Source of the DNA: Eubacteriales bacterium
GTDB taxonomy: Bacteria; Bacillota; Clostridia; Oscillospirales; CAG-272
Reading direction: 5' to 3'
Assembly (NCBI GenBank): GCA_045651165.1
Contig: JAZRRX010000039.1
Location: 251,866 to 315,865 of the forward strand
DNA length: 64,000 bases
A program made the position numbers and the translations under genes. Positions 1-9,832 of the stretch are shown here, piece after piece; within the stretch, counting starts at the first letter, position 1; every line of letters starts with the position of its first letter. The notes under the pieces were generated by a model, which saw only the letters and a list, made by a program, of their open reading frames with translations, was not told where the DNA came from and searched no databases.

Positions 1-1
1 C

Positions 2-820
2 GAAGAAATTATCGATTTCTATACTCGTGAAGCAGGTGTACGTAATCTTGAAAGAACTATTGCATCTCTTTGCAGAAAAGCAGCTCACAACATAGTATCA
101 AAAAAGGTAAAATCCGTTACTATTAATGCAGAAAATATCTCCAAATATCTTGGTGAAAGAAAATATATGCCCGAAAAGATTGAGGAATACAACGAAATTG
201 GCACAGTAAATGGTCTTGCATACACTGAACTTGGTGGAGATATGCTCAAAATTGAAGTTTCTGCCCTTGAGGGTACTGGCAAGGTTGAACTCACAGGCTC
301 ACTTGGCGATGTTATGAAAGAGAGCGCACAAATTGCTATCAGCTATGTTCGTTCAATAGCAAAAGATTATGATATTCCCGTTGATTTCTATAAAACCAAG
401 GATATCCACATACACGCGCCCGAGGGTGCAGTGCCCAAGGATGGCCCATCAGCAGGAGTTACTATGGTAACGGCTCTTGTAAGCGAGCTTTGTGGCATTC
501 CTGTAAGACGCGATGTTGCTATGACTGGTGAAATCACTCTTCGTGGCAAGGTACTTGCCATTGGTGGTCTTAAAGAAAAGACAATGGCAGCCTATAATGC
601 AGGTGTTAAGACCGTTCTTATTCCCCATGACAATCTTAAAGATCTTAATAACATTGATCCTATTGCGCGTGAGAATTTGCAATTTGTTCCCTGCAAAACT
701 CTTGATGACGTTTTAAAGAATGCTTTGGTATGTAATGACGTTTCTTCTATTTTGGAAGAAACTCTTCCACATATTTCAAATGAAAGTACAGTTGCGAGTG
801 CAACAATTTATAGAAAATAA
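2..820 (+). CDS. lon: Lon protease, C-terminal part (5' end outside window)
   Basis: The frame is open from base 2 (EEIIDFYTREAGVRNLERTI...), so the track Met at 167 is internal. Lon proteolytic-domain motifs DGPSAGVTM (Ser) and AIGGLKEK (Lys) are present. Confidence 0.93.
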   Translation, partial: EEIIDFYTREAGVRNLERTIASLCRKAAHNIVSKKVKSVTINAENISKYLGERKYMPEKIEEYNEIGTVNGLAYTELGGDMLKIEVSALEGTGKVELTGSLGDVMKESAQIAISYVRSIAKDYDIPVDFYKTKDIHIHAPEGAVPKDGPSAGVTMVTALVSELCGIPVRRDVAMTGEITLRGKVLAIGGLKEKTMAAYNAGVKTVLIPHDNLKDLNNIDPIARENLQFVPCKTLDDVLKNALVCNDVSSILEETLPHISNESTVASATIYRK

Positions 821-834
821 GAGAGTATAATTTT

Positions 835-1437
835 ATGGCAGTTAATATTCAAAACACTTCACTTCGTATCAGTGCGGGTTTTGCAAAGCAATTCCCCACA
901 GATTCTATGAAGCAAGTGGCTTTTTCGGGACGCTCAAACGTTGGTAAAAGCTCACTTATAAATACAATACTTGGCAGAAAATCGTTAGCGCGCGTTTCTT
1001 CAATGCCAGGTAAAACAATTACTATCAACTTTTATGACGTTGACAAAAAATTGTTTTTAGTTGACCTTCCTGGTTATGGTTATGCGAAGCGTCAATTTGA
1101 AAACAAGCAGGTTTGGTCATCTTTGACTGACGGTTATTTCACACAGAATAAAAATATTGACCTTCTTTCTCTTGTTGTACAGCTTGTTGATTGCAAAGTT
1201 GGTATCACAAATGATGACGCTATGATGATTGATTTCTTAAATCAAATGGAAATACCCTATATCATTGTTGCAACCAAAGTTGACAAGCTCAACAAAACAG
1301 ACCGAATGAAGCAACTCGAAAAAATTGCTAACGACGAGGTGCTTCTTGAAGGCACAACTATTATTCCATTCTCCTCGCATACAGGTGAGGGCAAAATGGA
1401 ACTTTTAAAGGAAATTTTTAAATATACCAATCTCTAA
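835..1437 (+). CDS. engB: Ribosome-biogenesis GTPase EngB/YsxC
   Basis: P-loop GRSNVGKSSLIN, DLPGYGYA and ATKVDK GTPase motifs. lon-engB adjacency as in Bacillus lonA-ysxC. Confidence 0.9.
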   Translation: MAVNIQNTSLRISAGFAKQFPTDSMKQVAFSGRSNVGKSSLINTILGRKSLARVSSMPGKTITINFYDVDKKLFLVDLPGYGYAKRQFENKQVWSSLTDGYFTQNKNIDLLSLVVQLVDCKVGITNDDAMMIDFLNQMEIPYIIVATKVDKLNKTDRMKQLEKIANDEVLLEGTTIIPFSSHTGEGKMELLKEIFKYTNL

Positions 1438-1449
1438 ACGGAGGTTATT

Positions 1450-2250
1450 ATGTTGGATTTTTTAAACAGAATACCGATGATAATACTTGGACTCCCTGCA
1501 GTTCTTATTTCCCTTTCGGTACATGAGGCATCGCACGCGTACGCGGCATATAAATTGGGAGACCCCACTGCACGAAATTTAGGAAGATTAACAATCAATC
1601 CCATGAAACATATTAATCCATTTGGATTTATTTGTATGATTCTCTTCCACATTGGTTGGGCAAATCCTGTACCCATTAATCCAAGAAATTTTAAAGATTC
1701 AAAAAAAGGTATGGCAATTAGTGCTGCGGCAGGTCCGCTTTCAAACCTTTGCCTTGCAATAATATCAGTTATTCTTTTAAGACTCGTGCTCATTCCAACC
1801 CAATCAATAGCTGATAGCTACTCAACGGGGCTCTATTCCTTTTTCGGCGGATATGGTATGTCATCCGATAACACATACTGGATAAATCCCGAATTGCGCG
1901 AAAATGCAATATTTGTAATACTTTCAGTTATTGTTGCTATGCTTTATTTGAGCATATCTCTTAACTTGAACCTTATGTTCTTTAATCTCATTCCTCTTCC
2001 CCCTCTTGACGGCTCAAGAATTGCATACATGTTCTTGCCCTCAAATATTTATTTTAAGATAATGAGATATGAAGTATATATTCAAATGGCATTCATTTTC
2101 CTTTTGGCAATGGGAATGATAACTCTTCCACTTGGATTCCTTACTGGTGGAGTTACAGACTTTTTCTATAAATTGCTTGGAATACCAGAAGACCTTTTAA
2201 CTGTGGTTACAAGCGACATTTTTAATCGTTTGCCCAAATTCACATTCTAA
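1450..2250 (+). CDS. Site-2 protease family (peptidase M50) membrane metalloprotease
   Basis: HEASHAY (HExxH) in a hydrophobic segment, a second motif NLIPLPPLDG, and several TM helices. Confidence 0.8.
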   Translation: MLDFLNRIPMIILGLPAVLISLSVHEASHAYAAYKLGDPTARNLGRLTINPMKHINPFGFICMILFHIGWANPVPINPRNFKDSKKGMAISAAAGPLSNLCLAIISVILLRLVLIPTQSIADSYSTGLYSFFGGYGMSSDNTYWINPELRENAIFVILSVIVAMLYLSISLNLNLMFFNLIPLPPLDGSRIAYMFLPSNIYFKIMRYEVYIQMAFIFLLAMGMITLPLGFLTGGVTDFFYKLLGIPEDLLTVVTSDIFNRLPKFTF

Positions 2251-2272
2251 TTTTATTTTAGGAGTTTTCTAA

Positions 2273-3058
2273 ATGGAAAGCATTACTTATCGTCTTGATC
2301 AATTTGAAGGTCCGCTTGACCTACTCTTGACATTGATTCACAAAAATAAAGTTAATATTGAAGATATTCCGATTGCTCTTATTTGCGACCAATATATGCA
2401 ATATATCAAAGAGGCTCAGCAAATGGATATGGAAATCGCTTCTGAGTTTATCGTAATGGCGAGTGATCTTATGCTCATTAAAAGTAAGCTCCTCCTTCCC
2501 CGCGAAAAAGAGGACGAAGAAGACCCACGCAAAACACTTACTGATGCACTTCTTCGTTATCAACAAGCAAAAGAAGCAGCATCCAAGATGCATCCGCTTT
2601 ATGCCGTGTTCTCAGGTCGTCAGATAAAGGATACTGATGAAATTTCAGTTGACAGAACCTTTGTTGCGGACCAGGACGTTGAAAAACTATTCGTTGCTAT
2701 GAAACGAATTGTAGATTTCAACGATGCACTTGAACACGCACAAAAGAATGCATTCACGCCTATGATTGCAAAGCCAATTGTACCCGTTGAGCACAAGATT
2801 TTGCAAATTATGACGCGTCTTACATCCAATCGTTATCAAACTCTTGAAGATTTTGTTAGCGATAGCGTGTCCCTTCCGGATATGATTGCTATATTTATCG
2901 GCGTGCTTGAATTGGTAAAAACAAAACGAATTCTACTCGTTGAAGATGATGATGAAATAGTTAATGACAACTACGGTTTGACAACCGTATTCACATTAAA
3001 TGAAAACTATGTTCCCGAAGAAGAAAACACAAAGAGCGAGGATGAAAATAATGGATGA
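2273..3058 (+). CDS. scpA: Segregation and condensation protein A (kleisin)
   Basis: N-terminus FEGPLDLLLTLIHKNKVNIEDIPIA is typical of ScpA. It overlaps the following scpB by 8 nt. Confidence 0.9.
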   Translation: MESITYRLDQFEGPLDLLLTLIHKNKVNIEDIPIALICDQYMQYIKEAQQMDMEIASEFIVMASDLMLIKSKLLLPREKEDEEDPRKTLTDALLRYQQAKEAASKMHPLYAVFSGRQIKDTDEISVDRTFVADQDVEKLFVAMKRIVDFNDALEHAQKNAFTPMIAKPIVPVEHKILQIMTRLTSNRYQTLEDFVSDSVSLPDMIAIFIGVLELVKTKRILLVEDDDEIVNDNYGLTTVFTLNENYVPEEENTKSEDENNG

Positions 3059-3650
3059 AATCAAAGATATAGAAACAAAAGAAATAAAAAATCCAGCTGC
3101 GACTATTGAGGCAATTATGTTTGCTGCAGGATATCCTATGAAATATGATAAGCTTGCCGAGGTGCTTTCTCTTACTCCAAGTGAGGTTAAAAGATACGTT
3201 AGTGAACTCGCAGAAAAATACAATGACGATGACCACGGAATAATGATTTTGATGTTCCCTGAAACATGTCAGTTTTGTACCAAAGAACAACATTTATCCC
3301 TTATAAAAGAGGCACTTGGTATTAAGCGAGGGGGAAATCTTTCAAACTCATCAATGGAAGTTTTAGCGATTGTTGCTTATAATCAACCCGTAACAAGAAG
3401 TTTTGTTGACCTTGTGCGCGGTGTTGACTCAAACTATGCTATGAACTCCCTTATTGACAAAGGACTTATCGAAAGTTGTGGACGTCTTGATGCTCCCGGT
3501 AGACCCATGCTCTATGGAACAACGGACAAGTTCCTTCGTGTATTCGGTATTTCTTCTGTAAATGAATTGCCCGAAATTGAACTTTTGCGCGCAAGCGATG
3601 AGCAAATGGAGATTATGGCTCCAGGTGAAGAACTTATAGTTGAAGAATAA
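3051..3650 (+). CDS. scpB: Segregation and condensation protein B
   Basis: ScpB winged-helix segments IEAIMFAAGYPM and EVLAIVAYNQPVTRSFVDLVRGV. Start chosen at ATG 3051, which has GAGGA 8 nt upstream and overlaps the scpA stop. The track start at 3000 has no RBS. Confidence 0.88.
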   Translation: MDEIKDIETKEIKNPAATIEAIMFAAGYPMKYDKLAEVLSLTPSEVKRYVSELAEKYNDDDHGIMILMFPETCQFCTKEQHLSLIKEALGIKRGGNLSNSSMEVLAIVAYNQPVTRSFVDLVRGVDSNYAMNSLIDKGLIESCGRLDAPGRPMLYGTTDKFLRVFGISSVNELPEIELLRASDEQMEIMAPGEELIVEE

Positions 3651-3682
3651 TTTTATTCAAAATTTTGAGAGGAGGTAGACAT

Positions 3683-4309
3683 ATGATATTCTTGTATATT
3701 TTACTTGGAATAGTTTTGCTTATTTGTCTTATTCTCTCTTTAAGAATTAATCTCCACATAATCTACGAGAACGAGCCTAAAGTTTATCTTCGTATTCTAT
3801 TTATTAAATTAGAAATTTTGCCAAACACAAGCAAAATATTCGGATTTAATAAGCAACAAGAAAAGAAAAAAGATTTACCCACGCACGTTCTTAAAGATAT
3901 TAAGGATGCCGACTCAACTTCACCATCTATAATTGATAAGCTAGATTCTATTCGTAACATTCTTTTAATTTTAGCAGAATCATTTAAAAAACATCTACAT
4001 GTTCGACTTTCAAAAATTCATATTAGAGTAGCTACGTCAGATGCCGCTAAAACCGCCATTCTGTATGGAGCAGTTTCAACTGCTGTGGCATGTATCATTG
4101 ATATAGTTGATGATATTGCAAATTTAAAGACATTAAAAGAGTCTTCGGTATCAGTTGAACCGGATTTTCTTTCAGAAAAAACCGATATAAAACTTAATAT
4201 TATTCTGTATATGTCTGTAATAGGCACAATAAAAGTGCTTTTGCATTCATTTATAAAACATTACGCATTAAATGATAAAACACAAATAAATAACCGAAAG
4301 GAAAACTGA
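3683..4309 (+). CDS. YtfI-like (DUF2953) sporulation-associated membrane protein
   Basis: Single N-terminal TM helix. Sits directly before ytfJ, as in Bacillus. ATG 3683 is preceded by GAGGAGG. Confidence 0.6.
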   Translation: MIFLYILLGIVLLICLILSLRINLHIIYENEPKVYLRILFIKLEILPNTSKIFGFNKQQEKKKDLPTHVLKDIKDADSTSPSIIDKLDSIRNILLILAESFKKHLHVRLSKIHIRVATSDAAKTAILYGAVSTAVACIIDIVDDIANLKTLKESSVSVEPDFLSEKTDIKLNIILYMSVIGTIKVLLHSFIKHYALNDKTQINNRKEN

Positions 4310-4310
4310 A

Positions 4311-4742
4311 ATGGCTAACGAAAACAGATTTGACACAATGTTTAAAACATCCTTTGAAAACATCAAAGGCATGCTTGATTCCAACACAGTGGTTGGAAAT
4401 GCAATCGAACTCTCAAACGGTACAACTATTATTCCCATTTCAAAGCTTAGTGTGGGATTTGCAACAGGCGGCCTTGATAGCGCTGCAACACCCAAAAAAT
4501 CCAATAAATTTGGTGGAGGCGGTGGAAGTGGTATGAGTATCACTCCTGTTGGCTTCCTTGTTATCGACAAATTGGGTAAAACTGATTTTATTACTGTTGA
4601 GGGCAAGGGCACTCCCGACCCTGTTGAACAGTTTAGTGATCTTCTTGATCGCTCACCCGAAATAATTCAGAAAATAAAGAATATCTTTACAAATAAAAAC
4701 GACGCTCCCCAAGACGTTGTAGTTGAAGATATAGTTAAATAA
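4311..4742 (+). CDS. ytfJ: GerW/YtfJ family sporulation protein
   Basis: NTVVGNAIELSNGTTIIPISKLSVGFATGG, a Gly run and ITPVGFLVI are characteristic of YtfJ/GerW. Confidence 0.8.
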   Translation: MANENRFDTMFKTSFENIKGMLDSNTVVGNAIELSNGTTIIPISKLSVGFATGGLDSAATPKKSNKFGGGGGSGMSITPVGFLVIDKLGKTDFITVEGKGTPDPVEQFSDLLDRSPEIIQKIKNIFTNKNDAPQDVVVEDIVK

Positions 4743-4794
4743 AATAAGAATAAAAAACTCCCTTGGCAAATATAATGTGCCGAGGTGAGTTTTT

Positions 4795-5931
4795 GTGGGA
4801 TTTTTTAAAAGGATATCGGCTTTTGTTCTAATATTTGCGCTATTCACATCGTTTTCTTCCCTTTTTGTGGCTGCAAATGATGTGTCTATAAATAATATTT
4901 CTGCCAACTCTGCTTGTCTTATGGAAGCAGAAAGTGGAAAAATTATATATTCAAAAAACGGAAGCAAACGAATGCCCATGGCATCAACAACAAAGGTGAT
5001 GACTGCCATAATTGCTCTTGAAAGTGGTATTTCTTTGAAAACCTTAATAAAAGTTCCTAAAGATGCAGTCGGTGTTGAGGGCTCGTCCGTTTATTTGAGG
5101 CAGGGTGAGAGTGTTACCTTTGAAATGCTCCTTTACGCGCTTATGTTATCTTCTGCTAATGACGCGGCAGTTGCTATTGCGCTAACTGTTTCTCGTTCTG
5201 TGGAAGATTTTGTTGCTCTGATGAATGCAAAGGCGCAGAATTTAGAGCTTCTAGATACGCATTTTACAAATCCACACGGCCTTTATGACGAAGATCACTA
5301 TACTACGGCACAAGATCTTGCAAAATTGATGGCTTATGCTATGAAAAATGCAGATTTTGCCAAAGTAACATCATCTAAAACTAAAACATTCGCTCGTGAT
5401 GGCGGTACTTACTTTTCACTTAGCAATCACAATCGACTTTTAAAAACATATGACGGAGTTATAGGCGGCAAGACTGGCTTTACCAAGAAAAGTGGACGAT
5501 GTCTTGTTACTTGCGCAGAGCGAGATGGGTTAAGATTGATTGCTGTTACTCTAAATGCGCCAAACGATTGGAATGACCATACAAAGCTATATGATTTTGG
5601 ATTTGCGAGCTATAAACGAGTTTATTTTAGTGCTCAATCATTAAAAATACCCGTAATTTCTGGTACAAAAAATGAAATTTTGGTTTCTAGTGAGACATTT
5701 TCAATCCTTCTTCCAAAAGAACACAATGAAATAACTATAAGAATAAATGCTCCTTTATTTTTGTTTGCACGGATAAAACAAGGAGAAAAAGTTGGACAGA
5801 TACTCTATTCGTTAAATGGAAAAATCATTGCAACTTCCCCACTATACAGTCGTGAAGATGTTGCAACAATCAAATACAAATTCAATCTCTTAGAATGGTT
5901 AAGAGATTTATTTAAAGGAATTTTAAATTAA
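4795..5931 (+). CDS. D-alanyl-D-alanine carboxypeptidase (peptidase S11, DacB/DacF-like)
   Basis: Signal peptide; SxxK (ASTTKV), SxN (SSAND) and KTG (GKTGFT) motifs. GTG start. Confidence 0.88.
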   Translation: MGFFKRISAFVLIFALFTSFSSLFVAANDVSINNISANSACLMEAESGKIIYSKNGSKRMPMASTTKVMTAIIALESGISLKTLIKVPKDAVGVEGSSVYLRQGESVTFEMLLYALMLSSANDAAVAIALTVSRSVEDFVALMNAKAQNLELLDTHFTNPHGLYDEDHYTTAQDLAKLMAYAMKNADFAKVTSSKTKTFARDGGTYFSLSNHNRLLKTYDGVIGGKTGFTKKSGRCLVTCAERDGLRLIAVTLNAPNDWNDHTKLYDFGFASYKRVYFSAQSLKIPVISGTKNEILVSSETFSILLPKEHNEITIRINAPLFLFARIKQGEKVGQILYSLNGKIIATSPLYSREDVATIKYKFNLLEWLRDLFKGILN

Positions 5932-6644
5932 TGGAACAAATAAGACTTCAAAAATATTTTACTGATTGCGGAATTCTTTCTCGTCGCGCCGCTGAAGATG
6001 AAATTAAGGCGGGCAAAGTTAAAGTTAACGGCATTTGTGCCGAGATTGGCGACAAGATTGATCCCGAAGTTGATATAGTTGAATACAAGGGCAAAAGAAT
6101 TATGCCGCGTAGTGCCGTGGATTTCGTCTATATTCTTCTTAACAAGCCCTGCGGTGTTGTTACAAGTGCAAAAGATGAAAAAGGCAGAGTGTGTGTTACT
6201 GACCTTGTTAAATGTGGAACGAGAATATATCCCGTTGGTAGACTTGACTTAAATTCCCAGGGACTTATACTTATGACAAATGATGGTGAGCTAACTAATA
6301 AACTCACTCATCCTCGCCACGAAATACCCAAAATTTACGAGGTGGATGTTGTAGGCAAGGTTACAACCGAGCAATTAAATACTTTAAATTCTTCAATGAC
6401 TGTTGACGGATATGTTTTGCTTCCTGTAAAAACTGAATTTCTTTCTAAAAATGAGAAATTCACAACACTCAGAATGACTCTATATGAGGGCAGAAATCGT
6501 CAAATTAGAAAAATGTGTGAGCAGGTTGGCTTGAAAGTTGCAAAGCTCACAAGAGTTGCTATTGGTAGCATTACTCTTGGCAATCTTCAAGGTGGCAAGT
6601 GGAGATATCTTAGCGAAGACGAAATAAAAATGCTTAAAAAATAA
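5931..6644 (+). CDS. rluB: rRNA pseudouridine synthase, RluB/RsuA family
   Basis: S4 domain at the N-terminus and catalytic motif GRLDLNSQGLILMTNDG. Confidence 0.88.
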   Translation: MEQIRLQKYFTDCGILSRRAAEDEIKAGKVKVNGICAEIGDKIDPEVDIVEYKGKRIMPRSAVDFVYILLNKPCGVVTSAKDEKGRVCVTDLVKCGTRIYPVGRLDLNSQGLILMTNDGELTNKLTHPRHEIPKIYEVDVVGKVTTEQLNTLNSSMTVDGYVLLPVKTEFLSKNEKFTTLRMTLYEGRNRQIRKMCEQVGLKVAKLTRVAIGSITLGNLQGGKWRYLSEDEIKMLKK

Positions 6645-6675
6645 AAATGGACGGATTAATCCGTCCATTTTTTTA
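6643..6675. terminator. Bidirectional intrinsic terminator between rluB and prmC
   Basis: Perfect 11-bp palindrome ATGGACGGATT/AATCCGTCCAT (6647-6668), flanked by an A-run and a T-run. It overlaps the last codons of prmC. Confidence 0.75.
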
Positions 6676-7483
6676 ACAAAGCAACTCTATCGTTGCCACC
6701 ATAGTCCTTAAATATTTCACACGAAAAGCCATATTCACCTGAAATTCGTTTTAAATCGTCCGCTTGGTCATAACCAATTTCGAAAAGTATTATTCCCTCT
6801 TTTTTGAGAAATTTTGAATAATCTTTTATTATCTTGTTATAAAATATAAGACCGTCTTCTCCTCCATAGAGCGCAACATAGGGTTCGTGTTTAACTTCCA
6901 GAGTAAGTTCTTCAATAACTTCAGGACGAATATATGGTGGGTTAGAAAGAATAGCATCAAATTCAAATCCAGAAAGGCTATTTTCTTCTAAAAGAACATC
7001 AAAAAGTTTTGCCTCCACTCTTTTCTCCACCCCATTTAAAGTGGCATTTTTACATGCTAATTCAAGAGTTTTAGGATATTTATCAACCATAACTGCACTT
7101 GTATCCTCTCTCTCGGCAAGTGTTGAGATTGCTATGCAACCACTACCTGTGCAAAGATCAAGAAAATGCGAGCCATTCGGCAAAAGCTCAATTGCTTTTT
7201 CAACCAAAATCTCAGTATCCGAACGAGGAATAAGACAGTTTTCATCAACAATATATGTCTGCCTATAAAAATCCCATTTACCAATTATATATTGCAAAGG
7301 AAAATGCTTCTCTCTCTTTTGCAAGGCAATCTCTAATTCATCATTGATAATTTCTTCTTCCTTGTTCAAAAGATAATAGGATATTTTCTTTTTTGTGAAA
7401 TGTTCAATTAAAATCTTAGCTTCATTTTCATATTCACAAGGTGAAATATGACTGAGTTTATCTATAATATCCTTATATTTCAT
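6656..7483 (-). CDS. prmC: Release-factor glutamine N5-methyltransferase
   Basis: NPPY motif (LSNPPYI) and SAM pocket LDLCTGSGCIA; length fits HemK/PrmC. No prfA next to it. Confidence 0.88.
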   Translation of the reverse strand: MKYKDIIDKLSHISPCEYENEAKILIEHFTKKKISYYLLNKEEEIINDELEIALQKREKHFPLQYIIGKWDFYRQTYIVDENCLIPRSDTEILVEKAIELLPNGSHFLDLCTGSGCIAISTLAEREDTSAVMVDKYPKTLELACKNATLNGVEKRVEAKLFDVLLEENSLSGFEFDAILSNPPYIRPEVIEELTLEVKHEPYVALYGGEDGLIFYNKIIKDYSKFLKKEGIILFEIGYDQADDLKRISGEYGFSCEIFKDYGGNDRVALLKKWTD

Positions 7484-7529
7484 AAAATTCCTTTTCTACA
7501 TAATTTTTTTATTTTTTTATATATTTTTG

Positions 7530-7557
7530 TTGCATTTTCAAAAAAATATGTTATAAT
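7530..7557 (+). promoter_or_regulatory. Sigma-A-type promoter for the small membrane protein gene
   Basis: TTGCAT (7530-7535), 16-nt spacer, TGT-TATAAT extended -10 (7549-7557). Confidence 0.55.
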
Positions 7558-7591
7558 ATAAGTAGAATTAATTGATTGGAGGTTAAGCCAT

Positions 7592-7807
7592 ATGGAAAAC
7601 AAAAAAACCAACTACGGCAAAATTATCTTTATCACACTTGCAGTTGTTGCCGCTTTTGCTGCAATTGCTTTCATCGTTTACAAATTGTTTGTAAAAAACC
7701 TTGAAAAGTGCTATTCTGAGGACGAATGCGACGATCTCTTCCTTGAAGAAGATGATTCTTGCGAGTGCGAATGCCTTCAGTGTGATGCATTGACTGATGC
7801 AGAATAA
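7592..7807 (+). CDS. Small membrane protein with an acidic Cys-rich tail (71 aa), unknown family
   Basis: GGAGG RBS, with its own promoter and terminator. One TM helix (IIFITLAVVAAFAAIAFIVY) followed by CYSEDECDD...DDSCECECLQCD. Confidence 0.6.
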   Translation: MENKKTNYGKIIFITLAVVAAFAAIAFIVYKLFVKNLEKCYSEDECDDLFLEEDDSCECECLQCDALTDAE

Positions 7808-7820
7808 TTTTTTGCCAAAT

Positions 7821-7857
7821 AAAGTGCCTTTTATTTTAAAAGGCACTTTTTCTTTTT
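7821..7857. terminator. Bidirectional intrinsic terminator
   Basis: Stem AAAGTGCCTTTTA/TAAAAGGCACTTT (7821-7849) followed by a T-run. Lies between convergent genes. Confidence 0.75.
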
Positions 7858-7859
7858 TG

Positions 7860-8834
7860 TTATTTTTTCATTAATTTCTGCGCTCTAACATCTGTGCCTG
7901 CAAAGAAAACAATCTTATATTCACCGAACATTCTGCTTGTGATTCTATCAGTATATTTTTTCTTAATATCATCTTGAGAAAGATTGGTGCTAACAATTGT
8001 TGGCTTTTTACGGCTCAAACGATCGTTTAAAAGATTATAGAGTGTTGAAACTGAAAATTGATTTATCATTTCAGTTCCAAGGTCATCAATAATAAGAAGA
8101 TCGCATTCAAAATATCTTTCAATAAGCTCATTGGGTTCATTATTATAAGACTTAAATCTTTGAATTTCAAACTGTGAGAAAAGGTCGATAGCTCCTGTAT
8201 AGAAAACATCATTTCCCTTTTCTATTACTTCACGAGCTACTGCACTTGACAAATGAGTTTTGCCAAGACCTGTGCCGCCCATCATCAAAATACTTGGTGA
8301 ATTTTTAGAGTCAAAATCACGTGCATATTTTTTGAGATATTCAAGATGTTTGCTCATTACTTCATAATGAGTTGGGTTCTTCTTATAATAATCAAGTGAA
8401 AAATTATTAAAGCTCTGCTCTTTTATGAGGTTTGCAAATCCACTGCTTTCAATTCCTGCAAGTGTGAGTGCCTCTTTCATACAAGAGCACATTTTATTAT
8501 CCACAAATCCCGTGTCACCACATTTTGCGCAATCGTATTTGACATCCGAATAGTCCGCAGGATATCCATTTGTTATAAGAATCTCTGCACGTCTTTTTTG
8601 AAGTGCATCATTCTTTGCTCTTATCTCCGCTATCTTTGAAGCGGTATCACCACCCGACAAGGATGCTGAGAAAATTTCAAGCCCTGTAAGTGAAAGTTCT
8701 CTATCAATTTTAGCAATCTCGGGAATTGCACGACGAACTTCCTGCGCCTTAATATCTGCACGCTCGCGCGCCACAAGATATTTTTGCGAATATTCGTCAT
8801 ATACTTTTTTATATATTGAACTATTATATCCCAT
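7860..8834 (-). CDS. Replicative helicase loader ATPase (DnaC/DnaI-like)
   Basis: Walker A GGTGLGKTHL, Walker B LLIIDDLG, and an N-terminal Cys cluster CAKCGDTGF...CSC as in DnaI-type loaders. Confidence 0.85.
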   Translation of the reverse strand: MGYNSSIYKKVYDEYSQKYLVARERADIKAQEVRRAIPEIAKIDRELSLTGLEIFSASLSGGDTASKIAEIRAKNDALQKRRAEILITNGYPADYSDVKYDCAKCGDTGFVDNKMCSCMKEALTLAGIESSGFANLIKEQSFNNFSLDYYKKNPTHYEVMSKHLEYLKKYARDFDSKNSPSILMMGGTGLGKTHLSSAVAREVIEKGNDVFYTGAIDLFSQFEIQRFKSYNNEPNELIERYFECDLLIIDDLGTEMINQFSVSTLYNLLNDRLSRKKPTIVSTNLSQDDIKKKYTDRITSRMFGEYKIVFFAGTDVRAQKLMKK

Positions 8835-8836
8835 AT

Positions 8837-9817
8837 TTACTCCTCTGAATATGAACGCTTAAGTGCCGCCGCAAAGAAATCGTCAACATCAAAACTTGAG
8901 CCATCATTGGCCTTTTCTTGCTCACGAGCAGCAAGCAATGCCTTAACATCATCCACGTTCTTTATTCCATCTGCAAACCACTTTTCAAGTATAGCATTAG
9001 CATAATGAATTGATGGTTTATTTGTAGCAGAAACTGTTATTTCATATGCTTGTTCAATGACATCAAGGTCATAATGATATGTTGAAACCCATGTATCCAC
9101 CTGCTTTTGCTCTTTGGAAGTTAATTTGCGAGCACCAAGTCCAAAGATATTCTTAATCTTTGTTTCAATCTGCGCCTTTTCTTCCCTTGCATACAAAGCT
9201 TGTTGAAGAACCTTAGCATCTGTAAATCCATCATCAATGCAAGATACTGCAATTTTTTCGATATATCGAAGCGATTTCATATCGTTTCTTGCTGCATAAT
9301 GCATAAGAACAAGAATATAATCATTATCAAGCCCAAGATAATCAACAAAGCCCATAAGCACCTTGATATCACTAGCTGTAAATATCTTGCCAAGAACGTT
9401 TTGGCATTCATCAATAAGTCCAACAACGTTGTTATGCTTTTGAAGTAATGCATTAAGCTCTGCACTTGTGTACTGAGGAAGCTCACTTACCTTTGCGCGT
9501 TTTGGCACATTATTTTCTGTACTCTTTTCATTTTTAGTTGCAGATTTCACTTTTTCTGCGCCATCGCCAAGTGAAATTACACCCGTACCGTTCCAAAATG
9601 ATATGGAATTTTCAACATCAGCCACTTCGCATCCAAGCTCGTCAGCAATAAGCTGTTGATATTTTCCGCTTCTATATCTATCCGATGAAGCAATCAAAAG
9701 CAAGACTTTAATATCAAACTTTTTGGCTTTATCAACATATTCAAGAACGGTTGCAGGAAGAACTGCAACTCCCGTTCCGTAATTCAAATTTATATGTAAT
9801 TTGTCGTTTTTTTTCAT
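8837..9817 (-). CDS. DnaD-domain replication initiation protein (DnaD/DnaB-like)
   Basis: DnaD/DnaB_2-like C-terminal repeats (e.g. ANAILEKWFADGIKNVDDV). It sits 2 nt upstream of the loader ATPase gene. Confidence 0.75.
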   Translation of the reverse strand: MKKNDKLHINLNYGTGVAVLPATVLEYVDKAKKFDIKVLLLIASSDRYRSGKYQQLIADELGCEVADVENSISFWNGTGVISLGDGAEKVKSATKNEKSTENNVPKRAKVSELPQYTSAELNALLQKHNNVVGLIDECQNVLGKIFTASDIKVLMGFVDYLGLDNDYILVLMHYAARNDMKSLRYIEKIAVSCIDDGFTDAKVLQQALYAREEKAQIETKIKNIFGLGARKLTSKEQKQVDTWVSTYHYDLDVIEQAYEITVSATNKPSIHYANAILEKWFADGIKNVDDVKALLAAREQEKANDGSSFDVDDFFAAALKRSYSEE

Positions 9818-9832
9818 AATTAACCTTTTCTA

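Noticed and set aside
3000-3050. The long start for scpB at 3000 (also ATG 3042).
   Set aside because: There is no RBS before 3000, and GAGG abuts 3042 too closely. ATG 3051 has correct spacing and the usual scpA/scpB overlap.
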